A stretch of DNA of 64,000 nt from positions 608,001-672,000 of the forward strand of contig CAWIKF010000002.1 of NCBI GenBank assembly GCA_963836755.1. Reading direction: 5' to 3'. Both the position numbers and the translations under genes were made by a program. Below are positions 27,649 through 40,188 of this stretch, piece by piece (the first letter of the stretch is position 1; each line of letters begins with the position of its first letter). The notes below the pieces were generated by a model that had not been told where the DNA came from, searched no databases, and saw only the letters and a list, made by a program, of their open reading frames with translations. This DNA comes from an uncultured Verrucomicrobiae bacterium. GTDB lineage: Bacteria > Verrucomicrobiota > Verrucomicrobiia > Chthoniobacterales > Chthoniobacteraceae.

Positions 27649-30270
27649 ATGAAATGTTCCCCTCGCTTTTTGCTGCTTGTTTCGATTTTCACCGGGCTTT
27701 TCGCCACAATTTGTGGAGCGGCGCCGCGGGCTGGCGCGCCGATGAAGATTTTGCGCGACGGGCAGGCAAGATACAAAGAGATCGACCAATCGAAACTCCC
27801 CGCAGGCACGGCGCCGAAGCTTTTCGCCGGGGAAATCAGCGGGATGACGTTCGATCTTTTTGTCCGGCAAGTCGCGGCGCAGACGGTGACGATCGAGATG
27901 GGGTTTGTCGATACGCAAGGGAAGGGGCCGTCGCAGAATGCGTTTTCGCTGGCGGCGAATGGTTTCCCGCTCGATGCAAATCTCGATGTCTGGGCGAAGG
28001 CCGGCGGCGGGTTTAAGCCGTGGGTGACGAAGATGCCGTTCGTGCACGGGGGCGGCGCGCTTTCGCTTTTGTTCACAGGTCTCGGGAAGCCGGCGTTTGT
28101 CAGCTATGTGCGGATCACCGGTGCGGACGGCCAGGAAATCGCGTTCGGGACGGCGTCCGACTGGCAAAAGCCGGAGCGGTTGACGCTGCTCGATTCGCGC
28201 TCGCGTCCGTTTCACCATGTGAAGGTGGGCGACGTGGCGTTTTTCGACGTGGATCACAGCCCGGTCGGTTCGTGGTCGACTTTCATCTACGGGATGGAAA
28301 ACAGCGGCGGCGTGCAGTCGTGCAAACAGCCGGGCGGGGAAGGGACACTGATTCCAGACCAAGGCGTGATCATCGCGGTGAAAAATGGAGACTCGATGCG
28401 GCTGATGCCTTTTGCCTCGAAGCAGCCGGGAATGCCGAAGACGGCGCTGATCGGCGAGAAGGAGGTCACGCGGACGCTTGGTCCCTGCACCGACACCTGG
28501 AAAATCCCGGGCGGCGTGAGCTGGACGCATTACACGCCGGTCTGGAAAATGGACGATTGGGAGAAGGCGACGCCGGAGGAAAAGCGGCGGTTCGTTTTGC
28601 CGGTGACATGGATGCAATACAAAATCGACAACCGCTCGGGAAAAGAGGAGACGCAGTTGCTTTTCAGCCTGGAGCAGCCGGCCGCGCCGGCGCAGGAGTG
28701 GAAGGGCTTTGATGGTTACGTGGTTGAGGAGAACACTTCCATCGCGGTAAAGAAGGGTGACGCGAATTTGCTGACCAGCGAACAGGTGAAGAAGGAGTTT
28801 AACCTTGATGGGGCGACGTCGGCCTTTTGCGTCCATGTGCCCGCGGGACAGGAGAAGGTGGTCACTTTTTACATCGCGCAATATAAGCCGGGCGTCGTCG
28901 CGGAGTTGAACGAAAAGCCACTCCGGCTGATGTGCGATGCTTTATACAAAGACATCGACGACATCCTGACGACCGCGCAGGCGAGCCTGCCGGCAGTCAT
29001 CAGCCGGTGCGAGGAAGTGGACAAAAAGCTGGCCGCTTGCAAGGAGGACGATGAGCGGAAGTTCCTCGCCGCGGACACGGTCCATTCCTACCAATTCAAC
29101 ACCGTCCTCGAGGCGACGGAAAAGATGGAGCCAGTCTGGTCAGTCATCGAGGGCGAATGCTCGTGCATCAATACCTTCGACCTGACGGTGGACCACGTCT
29201 TCTACGAACTTTCGATGCATCCATGGACGGTTCGTAATGAGTTGGACAACTTCACAAATACCTTTTCCTACACCGACGAGCTCTCGCTGCCGGGGCAGAC
29301 GCAGCGCTTTCCCGGCGGTATTAGTTTTTGCCACGACATGGGCAGCCGGCTGAGCTTTTCCTCAAAGGCCAAAGGAGCGCGCTACTCGAATTTGATGACG
29401 CAGGAGGAGCTGCAAAACTGGATCATCTGCGGCGCACTTTACTGGAAGAAGACCGGCGACAATGGCTGGCTGGAGAAGAACAAGGAGGTTTTCAATGACG
29501 CGCTGAAATCGATGCAGCTGCGCGATGATCTCGATCCCAAGAAGCGGGACGGCATTACTACCTACGTCTCGAATCGCGGCGAAAAGAGCGGCGAGATTAC
29601 GACCTATGACGCGATGGACGCGAGCCTGCAGCACCCGATCGACAGCCTTTACATCGCCGGCAAATCCTTTGCGAGCTACGCGATGATGGTCCCAGTTTTT
29701 CAACAACTGGGCGAAGAGCAGCAGGCGAACGAGGCGAAGGAGGCGGTGACTTACACTGCGAAGGGGATCCTATCGCATTGGGATGAAAGTCGGAAGTCAT
29801 TCCCGGCGCTGTTCAACGGGTCGACCACCGCGACTTCATCCATCATCCCCGCGGTCGAGGGCCTTGCCTATCCGTATGCGATGGGCCTTACAAAAGAGCT
29901 CGCGATGGATGGCCCGAATGGCGACCTGATCCGGCATCTCAAGACCCACATCGAGACGATCCTCGTGCCCGGCGTCTGCATCGATTCCGAGACTGGCGGA
30001 TGGAACCTTTCCTCCTCCAGCTCGACCACATGGGTCAGCAAGGTCTATCTCAATCAGTTCGTCGTCGAAAATGTGCTCGGCATCAAAAACGCCGCGACTG
30101 GAGCGACCGCCGATTCCGCGCACTACGCCTACGAAGTCCTCGGCGCGCCGGCCGTCGGCTGGACCGATCAGTTTTTCACCAGTTCGCACACCGCTTATGG
30201 CTGCCGCCATTATCCGCGCGGCGTGACGAGCGCCTTGTGGTGGCTGTGGCCGGAAAATTCGGAAAAGTAA
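27649..30270 (+). CDS. GH52 beta-xylosidase-like protein with signal peptide and extra N-terminal (malectin-like) domain
   Basis: HSPVGSWSTF, IEGEC..INTFDLTVDH, FCHDMG, MTQEELQNW, EITTYD, IIPAVEGL, YPRGVT. Confidence 0.85.
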   Translation: MKCSPRFLLLVSIFTGLFATICGAAPRAGAPMKILRDGQARYKEIDQSKLPAGTAPKLFAGEISGMTFDLFVRQVAAQTVTIEMGFVDTQGKGPSQNAFSLAANGFPLDANLDVWAKAGGGFKPWVTKMPFVHGGGALSLLFTGLGKPAFVSYVRITGADGQEIAFGTASDWQKPERLTLLDSRSRPFHHVKVGDVAFFDVDHSPVGSWSTFIYGMENSGGVQSCKQPGGEGTLIPDQGVIIAVKNGDSMRLMPFASKQPGMPKTALIGEKEVTRTLGPCTDTWKIPGGVSWTHYTPVWKMDDWEKATPEEKRRFVLPVTWMQYKIDNRSGKEETQLLFSLEQPAAPAQEWKGFDGYVVEENTSIAVKKGDANLLTSEQVKKEFNLDGATSAFCVHVPAGQEKVVTFYIAQYKPGVVAELNEKPLRLMCDALYKDIDDILTTAQASLPAVISRCEEVDKKLAACKEDDERKFLAADTVHSYQFNTVLEATEKMEPVWSVIEGECSCINTFDLTVDHVFYELSMHPWTVRNELDNFTNTFSYTDELSLPGQTQRFPGGISFCHDMGSRLSFSSKAKGARYSNLMTQEELQNWIICGALYWKKTGDNGWLEKNKEVFNDALKSMQLRDDLDPKKRDGITTYVSNRGEKSGEITTYDAMDASLQHPIDSLYIAGKSFASYAMMVPVFQQLGEEQQANEAKEAVTYTAKGILSHWDESRKSFPALFNGSTTATSSIIPAVEGLAYPYAMGLTKELAMDGPNGDLIRHLKTHIETILVPGVCIDSETGGWNLSSSSSTTWVSKVYLNQFVVENVLGIKNAATGATADSAHYAYEVLGAPAVGWTDQFFTSSHTAYGCRHYPRGVTSALWWLWPENSEK

Positions 30271-30294
30271 AATCGTCCTGCCGTGGGGCATCGT

Positions 30295-33012
30295 ATGAAA
30301 ACAGCTGCTCTCATCCGCCGAGCGCTGGGAGTTGTTGCGCTCATCCTGCTCCCTGCTGTTGGTTCCAACGCTGCGGATAAAATTCCCGCACGTGAGCTGC
30401 ACTGGCTCGAAAGTGAAACCGATGCGAGCGCGCAGCCCGGCACGACGTTCGGCGTCCCGTGGCCGCGCGGAGCCGTCCCCGCAGATACTTCATTCGCCTT
30501 GCATGGCGCGGATGGAAAAGCCGTGCCGATGGAGTCGTGGCCGCTGGCTTATTGGCCGGATGGTTCGCTGAAATGGACGGCAAACGCCGTTCCCGCCGGC
30601 AGCGGCCTTTCGGGATCACTGCGGCTCGAAATGGGCGAACCGACGCAGCCGGCCGCGCCGCTCTCGCTCATTGAAGAGCCGGATGTCATCGCCGTGGACA
30701 CCGGCGTCATCCAATGCCGCATCCGCAAGACCGGCCCGTCGTTTATCGAATCGATCACGCGCGGCGGCAAACTTTTGCTGACGGACGGCCGGCTCGTCTG
30801 CCGGCTTCGCAGTTCGCCTGACCTCGACGCCGACGGCACGGTGAAACAGGAAAGCTTCATCGGCGAAATTTCCTCAGTGACCGTCGAGTACAAAGGCCCC
30901 GTTCGCGCCGTTATTAAAATCGAAGGCCGGCATCATACGCAGAATGGACGCGACTGGCTTCCATTCGTCGTGCGTCTTTATTTTTACGCCGGCGGAGACT
31001 CCGTTCGAATCATGCACACGATCACCTTCGACGGCGACCAAACGCATGACTTCATCAGCGGCCTCGGCCTGCGCTTTTCAGTGCCGTTGAAGGAAGAACT
31101 TTACGACCGTCACATCCGCTTTGCCGCCGATGGCGACGGCGTCTGGGGAGAAGCGGTGCGCGGCCTGACCGGCCTGCAGACAGATCCGGGTGCGGCCGTG
31201 CGCACTGCGCAGGCTGCCGGTTTGAAAACGCCGCCACAGGAATCATGGAACCCGGTCGTCAGCAAAGACCTGAAGTATATCCCGGCGTTCGGCGATTTCA
31301 CCCTCGCGCAACTTTCCTCCGATGCGTTTGAAATCCGCAAGCGCACCGAGCCGGGGTTCACCTGGCTCAACAGCCTCACGGGTCATCGGTCCGCTGGGCT
31401 CGGTTACATCGGAGGTCCAAGCGGCGGCGTCGCCTTCGGCATCCGCAACTTCTGGCAAAGCTACCCGAGCCAGCTCGACATCCGCGACGCCGCGACCGAC
31501 AAGGCCGAAGTCACCGCATGGCTTTGGTCGCCCGAGGCGCGGCCGATGGACATGCGTTTTTACCACGGCGACAATGGGATGAACACCTACGAGCTACAAA
31601 ACGAGGGCGCGCGGATGAACTACGAGGACTTCGAGCCGGGATTCTCCACTGCGACCGGCATCGCCCGCACCAGCGAACTCATGCTCTGGGCGCTGCCCGC
31701 CACGCCGAGCCATGACGCCTTTGCGTCGCTCGCGCGGAGTTTGCAAAACCCGCCGCAACTCGTCTGCCGCCCGCAGGATTACCACGATGCCGGCGTGTTT
31801 GGCGGCTCGATCTGGAGCGTGCAGGATCGCTCCACGCCCGCACGCGCGCGCATCGAGGACCAGCTCGATCTCCTCGTCGATTACTACGAAGAGCAGGTCG
31901 ATCAGCGCCATTGGTATGGCTACTGGTATTTCGGGAATGTCATGCACCGCTACGATCCCGACCGCCACGTCTGGCGCTACGACATCGGCGGCTACGCGTG
32001 GGATAACTCCGAGCAATCCACCGACATCTGGCTTTGGTATAGCTTCCTCCGCAGCGGGCGCGCGGACATTTTCCGTTTTGCGGAAGCAATGACGCGCCAC
32101 ACCGGCGAAGTCGATGTCTATCACCTCGGGCGCTTCGCCGGCCTCGGCACTCGGCACGGCGTGGTGCCATGGGGCGACAGCTCAAAACAATTGCGCGTCA
32201 GCACCGCGGAGAATCGCCGCTTTTTCTACTACCTCACCGCCGACGAACGCGTCGGCGACTTGATGCGCGACGAACTCCATGCCGACGTCAAAGCAGGCGA
32301 AGTCCCCGTGGAAAGAAAAGTCGAGAAGGAGATGTCCGTCGTCAACGGCAAGCCATATCCGATGAACTTCCTCATCGGCATCGAGTGGACCTCCATTGCC
32401 TCCGCGTGGCTCACCGAATGGGAGCGCACCGGCGACCTCACCTACCGCGACAGACTCGTCACCGGCATGAAAAGCATCGCCGCCCTCCCGCACGCGCTCT
32501 TCTCCGGCGGCGGCGGCTACGACCCGGCCACCGGCCGGTTCTACACGCGCGACGACAAATTTTACGCCTCGCCGCTGAGCACCTCCTTCGGCGCGTTTGA
32601 GGTCAACGCCGAGCTCCTCCAGCTCCTCGACGTCCCCGCCTACGCGAAAGCGTGGATCGATTATTGCAAATACTACAACGCCACGGGCGAGGAACAGCTC
32701 CAGGCCATCGGCAAAAAGCTTGCGCCCCTTTACCTCACACAGGCGCACGCTCGGCTGACCGCCTACGCCGCGTGGAAGACCCACGACAAAGCTCTCGCCC
32801 AGCGCGCGTGGGACGAATTCTTCTCTGGCGCCGGCGGAGGCATGAAACTTTTCACACAGCCGTATCCGTTGCATCATCTGACCGGCCCCGCCGTCGCGGA
32901 ACCGATCGATGAGCTCGACGTCTCCACGAACATGACCGTCGGCTTCGGCCTCAGCGCCATCGACTGCCTCGGCCTCATCGGCGACGATCTGCCCGAAAAA
33001 CTTTCCCCCTGA
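30295..33012 (+). CDS. YetA/PcRGLX-like exo-rhamnogalacturonan lyase family protein
   Basis: FGVPWPRG, WPDGSLKW, WYGYWYFGNVMH, WRYDIGGYAWDNSE, AMTRHTGEVD, GTRHGV..WG. Confidence 0.8.
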   Translation: MKTAALIRRALGVVALILLPAVGSNAADKIPARELHWLESETDASAQPGTTFGVPWPRGAVPADTSFALHGADGKAVPMESWPLAYWPDGSLKWTANAVPAGSGLSGSLRLEMGEPTQPAAPLSLIEEPDVIAVDTGVIQCRIRKTGPSFIESITRGGKLLLTDGRLVCRLRSSPDLDADGTVKQESFIGEISSVTVEYKGPVRAVIKIEGRHHTQNGRDWLPFVVRLYFYAGGDSVRIMHTITFDGDQTHDFISGLGLRFSVPLKEELYDRHIRFAADGDGVWGEAVRGLTGLQTDPGAAVRTAQAAGLKTPPQESWNPVVSKDLKYIPAFGDFTLAQLSSDAFEIRKRTEPGFTWLNSLTGHRSAGLGYIGGPSGGVAFGIRNFWQSYPSQLDIRDAATDKAEVTAWLWSPEARPMDMRFYHGDNGMNTYELQNEGARMNYEDFEPGFSTATGIARTSELMLWALPATPSHDAFASLARSLQNPPQLVCRPQDYHDAGVFGGSIWSVQDRSTPARARIEDQLDLLVDYYEEQVDQRHWYGYWYFGNVMHRYDPDRHVWRYDIGGYAWDNSEQSTDIWLWYSFLRSGRADIFRFAEAMTRHTGEVDVYHLGRFAGLGTRHGVVPWGDSSKQLRVSTAENRRFFYYLTADERVGDLMRDELHADVKAGEVPVERKVEKEMSVVNGKPYPMNFLIGIEWTSIASAWLTEWERTGDLTYRDRLVTGMKSIAALPHALFSGGGGYDPATGRFYTRDDKFYASPLSTSFGAFEVNAELLQLLDVPAYAKAWIDYCKYYNATGEEQLQAIGKKLAPLYLTQAHARLTAYAAWKTHDKALAQRAWDEFFSGAGGGMKLFTQPYPLHHLTGPAVAEPIDELDVSTNMTVGFGLSAIDCLGLIGDDLPEKLSP

Positions 33013-33032
33013 CGGCAGGTCTCCGCCCGGTT

Positions 33033-33261
33033 GCGGAACCATTCTGCAAGCGTGTGACGCGCTCCGCGAGCTCGCCGAATCATTCTGCCGATGCGCGGAG
33101 CCATTCCGCAGCGGCGCCGAAGCATTCTGCGCGTGCGGAACCATCCCGGCCGGAGCGCAGAACCATTCTGGAAGCCTGCAGAACCATTCTGGAGCAATGC
33201 GGAATCACTCTGGAAGCGTGCAGAACGCTTCGGCGCGAACGCGGAATCATTCTGGGTTAAG
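33033..33261. repeat. Degenerate ~21-bp tandem array (~11 units, consensus GCGGAACCATTCTGGAAGCNN)
   Basis: Examples: GCAGAACCATTCTGGAAGCCT, GCAGAACCATTCTGGAGCAAT, GCGGAATCACTCTGGAAGCGT. Same family and orientation as 27403-27548. Confidence 0.85.
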
Positions 33262-33464
33262 CCGGCGCTGGAGCCTTTCCAATGATTTCTCGACGACGCC
33301 TCATCTCAAATCTCCAGGACGCCCACGAAAAGCTCAAGCGGCAAAACATCACATTTTCAACGTAAAATAACACACGAAAAGGGATGAAAAAACTGCGAAG
33401 CCTACTAATTTCCCTGCTGCCAAACGGAACTTATCTAGGAACCAATTCATTTTATCCTCCAGCT

Positions 33465-36400
33465 ATGAAAATCCCTCGTCGCGTCCCTCTCATCCTCGCC
33501 GGCTCTATCGCCGCTTTGCTTTCTGTCCAGTCCGCGAAAGCGTTCATGCCGCAGAACACGGAGGATGATGTCCAAAACGGCAGCACCGATCTCACTGCCG
33601 CCGCCTCCTACAACAATGGAGCGCCGACCTCCACCAGCGATGTCACTTTTACTAGCGTCAACTACTCGCCCGCGGCGTTCACGGTCGGTTCTGACCTGAC
33701 CATTGGCACTCTCGACGACCTTTCTTCGACGGCACTCACCATTACCCAAGGCTTCGGCGGCACCAGCACGCTCACACTCAGTGGTGGGACGAACGCAGTG
33801 GCCCCCGCTCAATTGAATCCTCCCGGCAACGCGGGCGATCTGATTTATGTAAAAACTGGAGGCAGCCTCACCATCGGCGGTGGCTCGGGAACGTTGAATC
33901 TTGCTTTGGCCAGCGATGGCAATTTCGACATCGCGGGCACGGCGACCATCAGCGCGCCCATCACCGGCACGGGGAACTTTACGAGGACGGGATTTGGAAG
34001 TCTCACGCTTTCCGGTGGAATCAACAATACTGGAACCTTCACCAACTCGGGGACCGCGCCAGCCCTCTATCCGATTTCGGGGACGGGGTTCGGTGCTGCG
34101 CCCGCCGGGACTACCTATATCAATGGCACGGTCGGCGCCAACGTGACCGGGATCGTTCAGAACGGCACCTCAGACTTGGTTCTCGGTAACCTTGGCACGA
34201 CTTACAACGCAGGCGTCACGATTCAAAACGGCGTCGTGCTATTCGGCGCCGCCGGCAATGCGCTGGGTGCCGCTGCCAACACCATTTACCTGGGCAACGC
34301 TTCGACGACTTCCAACGCGACGATGGACTTCGCGGGCAACATCGCCGGTGGCGGCAACAACAAGTCGTTCGCCAATTCCATCACGGTCGGCTCCAAGACC
34401 GGTGAAGGCGTGAATGTCATCAGTGCTTCTGACTATGGCCTGACTCTGACTGGCGCGATTACGCTGACCGGCGGCGACCTTACCCTCGCCCCCTTTAATA
34501 CCGGCAGCAGCACCATCACGGTCACCGGCGGCATCACCGGCACAGGCAATCTCTTTGTTTCCGACGTTGCCAACAAGAACTCCAACGTCGTTACCCTCAG
34601 CGGCACCGCGATCAATAACACCGGCAAGATCACCTTTAACAACGCGCCCATCAACGGGGTGCTCGGCACCGCGGCCAACACCGGCACGAACACCGTCAGC
34701 GCCAACATCGGCGCCAACGTCACGGAAGTCATCGAGGACAGCACCAACCCGCTGACCCTCTCGGGCACGAATGCCTACACCGGGCCAACCACGATCCTGC
34801 GCGGCACGATCAATGAGACCGGAGGATCGCTCAGTTCCACGACCCTGAACGTCGGCGCGGGCACGTTCAACTACTCGAAGACGGGCGGCACGCAGAACTT
34901 CACGACCACGAACCTCACTTCCGGCGCGACCATCAACAACACGATCGCTTCGACAACGCTTAACCTCGGAACGGTGAGCCGCCCGGTCGGAACCGCCGTC
35001 GATTTCGGCATCACCGGCACGGTCAACATCGTCAACGCCAACACCGGCAACACCATCCTCGGCGGCTGGGCCACGACCGGCGGCGGCGCGAACTGGGCCG
35101 TCAGTGGTGGCAACGGGGCCACGGCCGGGCCGATTACCGCCCTGACCACCTACACCCCATCCGTGGCCGGCACCACGTCACCCGGGGCGAGCGCGGATGT
35201 CGATTTCCAGGAAAGCAACACCACTGCATATACTGATCAGACCATCAACAGCCTGAGGTTTAACACGGGGGCCAACACCGCCCTTACACTCTCGGGCGCG
35301 AACGTCATCACGACGGGCGGCATCCTCGTTACGAACCTCGGCAATTTCGCCTCGACGATCACCGGCGGGACGCTCGAAGGCTCGTCAGGCGGGGATCTGA
35401 TCGCTAATGTGTGGAACACGAGCAATTCGCTGACCATCTCGTCGGTCATTGCCAACAACACCACCGCCACCACGTTCACCAAGGCGGGTCCGGGGTTGGT
35501 GACTCTGAGCGGGCCCAACACTTACACTGGCGGCACCTACATCAGCGGCGGCACGCTCGCGGTGACCGCGGACAATAATCTCGGCGGGGCAGGCACCATC
35601 ACGCTCAACGGCGGCACCCTCCAGGATAATGCCACGAGTTTTACGCTGGCGTCCAACCATACCTTGAGCATCGGCAGCAGTGGCGGCGGCATCTCTTCCA
35701 CTAATAACGGCTTTAACAAAGCCATAATCCTCGGGACCACAAATCAATTGACCGGGAGCGGCACGCTCACTTTAAACAACACGACAAAGGCTGATAGCAG
35801 CTCACTCGTCGTGAGCGCTTCGCAGAGCGGCTTCACTGGTAACATCGTAATCAATAAGGGCCGGCTCGAATTAAACACCAACGGCGTCACCTCACCTCTG
35901 GGTAGTGGCACAATCACCATTGTCTCTGGCGCCACGCTCGGTGTTTCCATTATCTCCAACTCGAATTCCGGCAACACCATCACGAACACGATCTACGTGG
36001 CTGGGACCGGCGACAACGGCGCAATTCATAGCAAGGCGGCGGGTGGAACGACCAATACTTTTAGCGGCCCGATCATTCTCACAGGGAACGCGAGCGTCTA
36101 TGACGACGTGAATAGCACCAGTATCACGGCTTTCAGTGGTGGCATCTCCGGCCCTTACACGCTGACGCTCAGCGGGAGTGGCAGTTATCTCCTGAGTGGT
36201 GTCAATACGCAATCCGCGCTCACCCTGAACAACAACGGCGGCACGACCCAGCTCAGCGGCGGCTGGCACCCTGGGGGCGCCGAACGTCACCCTTAACTTT
36301 AGCCAGAACAGCGCCAAGCTCGACCTCAACGGCACCAATCAGACGATTGGGACGATCAACAACAACACCGCCACGATCCTCAATAACGGTAGCTCCGACA

Positions 36401-37419
36401 GCGTCATGACGATTAACGGCGGTGCCACGACCGCGACCGTCTTCAAAGATGGAACCACCAACAAGCTTGGACTCACCGTCGGAGGCGGCACGCTCGCCCT
36501 ATCCGGGGCCAGCACCTACACCGGTTCGACAACCGTCCTCGCAGGCACCCTGCAGGCCGGTGTGGCCACGGTCGGCGGAGCCACCCCGACATCGGGTGCC
36601 TTTGGCAAGAATTCAGCCGTCACCCTCAACGGCGGCGCGACGCTGGACTTGAAAGGTTTCGACGAGACCATCGGCTCGCTTTCTGACAACAGCGGTTCCG
36701 GCGGCACGGTTACCAGTTCCGTCGCCGGCACGCCCACCTTGACTGTCGGTGGCCTGAACACCGACACTTCGTTTGCCGGCATCATCCAGAACGGCTCGGC
36801 CACGTCGGTCGCCTTAACCAAGATTGGCAGCGGCACGCAGACCCTCTCCGGCGTGAACACCTACACCGGCGACACGAACATCAACGGCGGCAACCTGATC
36901 GTCTCCGGCTCGATCGCAGGCGCGGTGAATGTAAACAGCGGCGGCACCCTCGGAGCGGGGAGCGGCACCATCGGTGGCGTCACCACCGTTGAGACAAACG
37001 GCACGCTCTACCCCGGCGTAACCACCAGCACCACGCACCCATTGACCTTGAACAACAACGTCGCCTTTCAGGATGGCAGCACTTACAAGATCAACCTCGA
37101 CGGCAGCGGCAACTCAGACCTGCTCTCCATCACTGGTGGCCTCACCCTCGGCAGCAACGACACGCTGACCTTGAACTTGATTAGCGGTTCCCTCTCGGGC
37201 ACCTACACAATCGCGACTTTCACCGCCGGAGAGACCGGGACCTTTGCCAACGTCGATCCGCAAATCGCCGCCAACAGCTACCACGTTGTCTATGGACCGA
37301 CTTCCATTCAACTGGAAGCCGTGCCCGAGCCGGGCACGTGGGCGATGATGCTTGGCGGGTTTGGCACGCTGATTGTCTTCCAGCGCGGACGCCGCCGGAA
37401 GATGGCCCGCGTGAGCTAA
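33465..37419 (+). CDS. PEP-CTERM protein with autotransporter-associated beta-strand repeats; +1 frameshift near 36261
   Basis: Signal peptide, G/T/N-rich LTKxGxGTxTLSGxNTYTG repeats, C-terminal VPEPGTWAMM-TM-RRR. The frame switches at AGCGGCG|GCTGGCACC. Confidence 0.88.
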
Positions 37420-37427
37420 AGCGAAAT
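37339..37427 (+). repeat. 89-bp direct repeat (PEP-CTERM tail), copy 1; copy 2 at 40079-40167
   Basis: TGGGCGATGATG...GTGAGCTAAAGCGAAAT, 2 mismatches between copies by eye. Confidence 0.9.
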
Positions 37428-37737
37428 CACCAGCACTTAAAAAAAGTTTCGCCGCAGTGTTCTAGGACGCCACAGTCATTGATGTCATTCACAAGTTGGT
37501 AAAAATACCGGTCTTGATAAAGGAGTTCCAGTCGCTTTTCTTTGAGACTATTAGACCAAAATATAGGGGAAAAGCTGTTTCCTTTTTGAATGAAAACAAA
37601 ACTCACAAGCGCAAAAAATCACAGCCGCAAGCGTCAAATGGCACATGAAAAAAGATGAAATGGACCATTTGGCTCTCTAATTTCCATACACCGAACGCAA
37701 CCTTTTGCGCAGAGGCTTTCGTCTCTCCCTCAAAATA

Positions 37738-40159
37738 ATGAAAAGCACCCGTCGTCGCACCTCCTTAATTCTCGCAGGCTCGATCGCAGCTTTGTTCGCT
37801 GTCCACTCCGCGCAAGCCAACACCGAGGATGATGTCATCAATGGCCAGTCTGACCTGACGCTATCCACCACTTATACAGGCGGATTGCCCGGCACCACCA
37901 GCGACGTCACCTTTACATCGCAGTCATACGCCCCTGCGATGTTTACCGTTCCTTCAAATCTCAGCATCGGCACCTTGGATGATCTGGCCACAAACGCTCT
38001 GACCATTACCGGGGGCGGGAACTCCACCACCCTGACTCTCAATGGCGGTGCAAACTCCGTGTCCGGGGCCAACGCAGCGGATTTGATCTACGTCCAAACC
38101 TCCGATTTCACGATCGGGGATGCTGTTGCACCCACCATGGGCCTGGCCTTGGCTGCCTCTGGAAATTTCGACATCGCGGCGGGCACCACCACGATCAACT
38201 CGGTGATCTCCGATAGCGGCGGCGGCTTCACCAAGACGGGTGCGGGCGCGCTTGTGCTCACTGCCGCTGATACCTACACCGGCACCACGAAAATCGCCGC
38301 CGGCACTCTCACGCTCAGCGGTGGGAATGACCGTCTGCTCAACACCGGCACCGTCAACTTCACGGGCAGCAGCACGCTAAACCTCAACGGGCCCATCAGT
38401 CAGACGCTGGCAAACCTCACGGTCGCCAATGGTGTCACCGGCACCGTCACTGGGGCCACCGGCACGCTCACAGTCACCGGCGCGTCGATGAGCATCGGCG
38501 GCACCGCCACCAATACCACGCAGACGCTGGATTTATCCGGGCTGGGAACCTTTAACTACAACAACTCTGCCGGAAACTTCTATGTGGGCGGGACACTTAC
38601 CACTGGCAATGCCACCCAAACGGGCACCGTCAAGTTGGCCCCAACCAGCACGATCACCGCCTCGACCGTTGGAGTGGGCAGCATCGGCGGCGGTAACGGG
38701 AACGGGTTCTCGAGTCAGGGAACACTCACCTTGGGCACCACTGCCACGATTAACGCCGATACCATCACGCTCGGCGCCAACCTAGCCAAAGGCACGATCA
38801 ATTACGCCAGTGGCACCACCAACCCGATGCTCACGCTTCGCGGAAGCACCGGCGGCAGCAGCCGCGTCACCAACCTAGTGATCGGCCAGAGTGCGGGATT
38901 TACGAATACGGAAAGCTCTACGGTCGATCTCACCACCAACGTGACCCGGCACGAGCACCCTCGACGCGAAGATCATGACCTTGACCATCGGCAACTTTAC
39001 GCGCACAACCAACCCTTCAGCTTCTCCCACTACGAATGGCACGCTTCTGATGGGCGGCGGGACGCTCGACGCCACCACGATCATTCTTGGTCAGAACGCG
39101 GCCGGCCCCACCAGCGGCACCGCTACGACGAACGGCACCCTGACGATAGGCGCCACCTCGGCCGGCGCCGGCACCGTCAAGGTGCAGACTTTGTCTCTGG
39201 GCAATCAGAACCTCAGTGTAGCCACCAACAAGGTCACCGGGACTTTTAACCTCAATGGCGGAGCAAATCTCTACGCGGGAAGCATTGATAAAGGCACCGG
39301 CACCGGAACCGGAGCGGCCACCCGCACCTTCAACTGGAACGACGGCACGATACACAACTATGACGCCAGCACGGACCTGACGATCAACGACCTCGGCTCT
39401 ACCGGTGCCACCAGCACCTTCGCCCTGCTGGGCGCGGGGGCGCATACCTTCAATATCGACGCCAGCCGGCAGGGAACCGTCGCCCAGATCATCAGCAACG
39501 CCGGCGGCCTCACGAAAGCGGGGCTGGGTGTCCTTGCGCTTTCCGGCGCGAACACCTACGCCGGCGGCACGATGGTCATGGCCGGCACGCTGCAGGCTGG
39601 CAATGCGGGCGCGCTCGGCACAGGTGTTGTAAACATCGGCGATGCGAGTCCCAGCGGCAGTGGCAAACTTCAGGGCACTGTGGCCGCCGTCAACATCGGT
39701 GGCGACTTGAACCTCTACAGCGGCACCTTGGACATCCGGGATGTCGGGGCGGGCCAGTTCACGCTGGCTTCCAACAAGTCCTTCTTAATGAACACGGGCA
39801 CCACGTGGAACCTCAACCTCACTGACACCGCCACCTACGATCGCATCCTCGGTTCCGGCGGGAGCAGCATCTTCGACATCGAAGGAGGCACCCTCGACCT
39901 CACCGGCAGCACGCTCGCCGCAGGCAACTACACCATCCTTTCCGGTTTTGGCTTCGGCACTGGCAACTTCAGTGCGATCACCGGCTACGATATGTCCGCC
40001 TACACTGTCAGCTTTGACGATAACACCACTCCAGGTGCTGGCATCCTCACAGTCATGGCCGTTCCCGAGGCGAACACATGGGCGATGATGCTCGGCGGGT
40101 TTGGCACGCTGATTGTCTTCCAGCGCGGACGCCGCCGGAAGATGGTCCGCGTGAGCTAA
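37738..40159 (+). CDS. Second PEP-CTERM autotransporter-repeat protein; +1 frameshift near 38945
   Basis: N-terminus homologous to the first (LILAGSIAAL...NTEDDV..G..DLT); extra C in GTGACCCGGC; VPEANTWAMM tail. Confidence 0.88.
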
Positions 40160-40188
40160 AGCGAAATTAACACTAAAAACAAAGTTCG

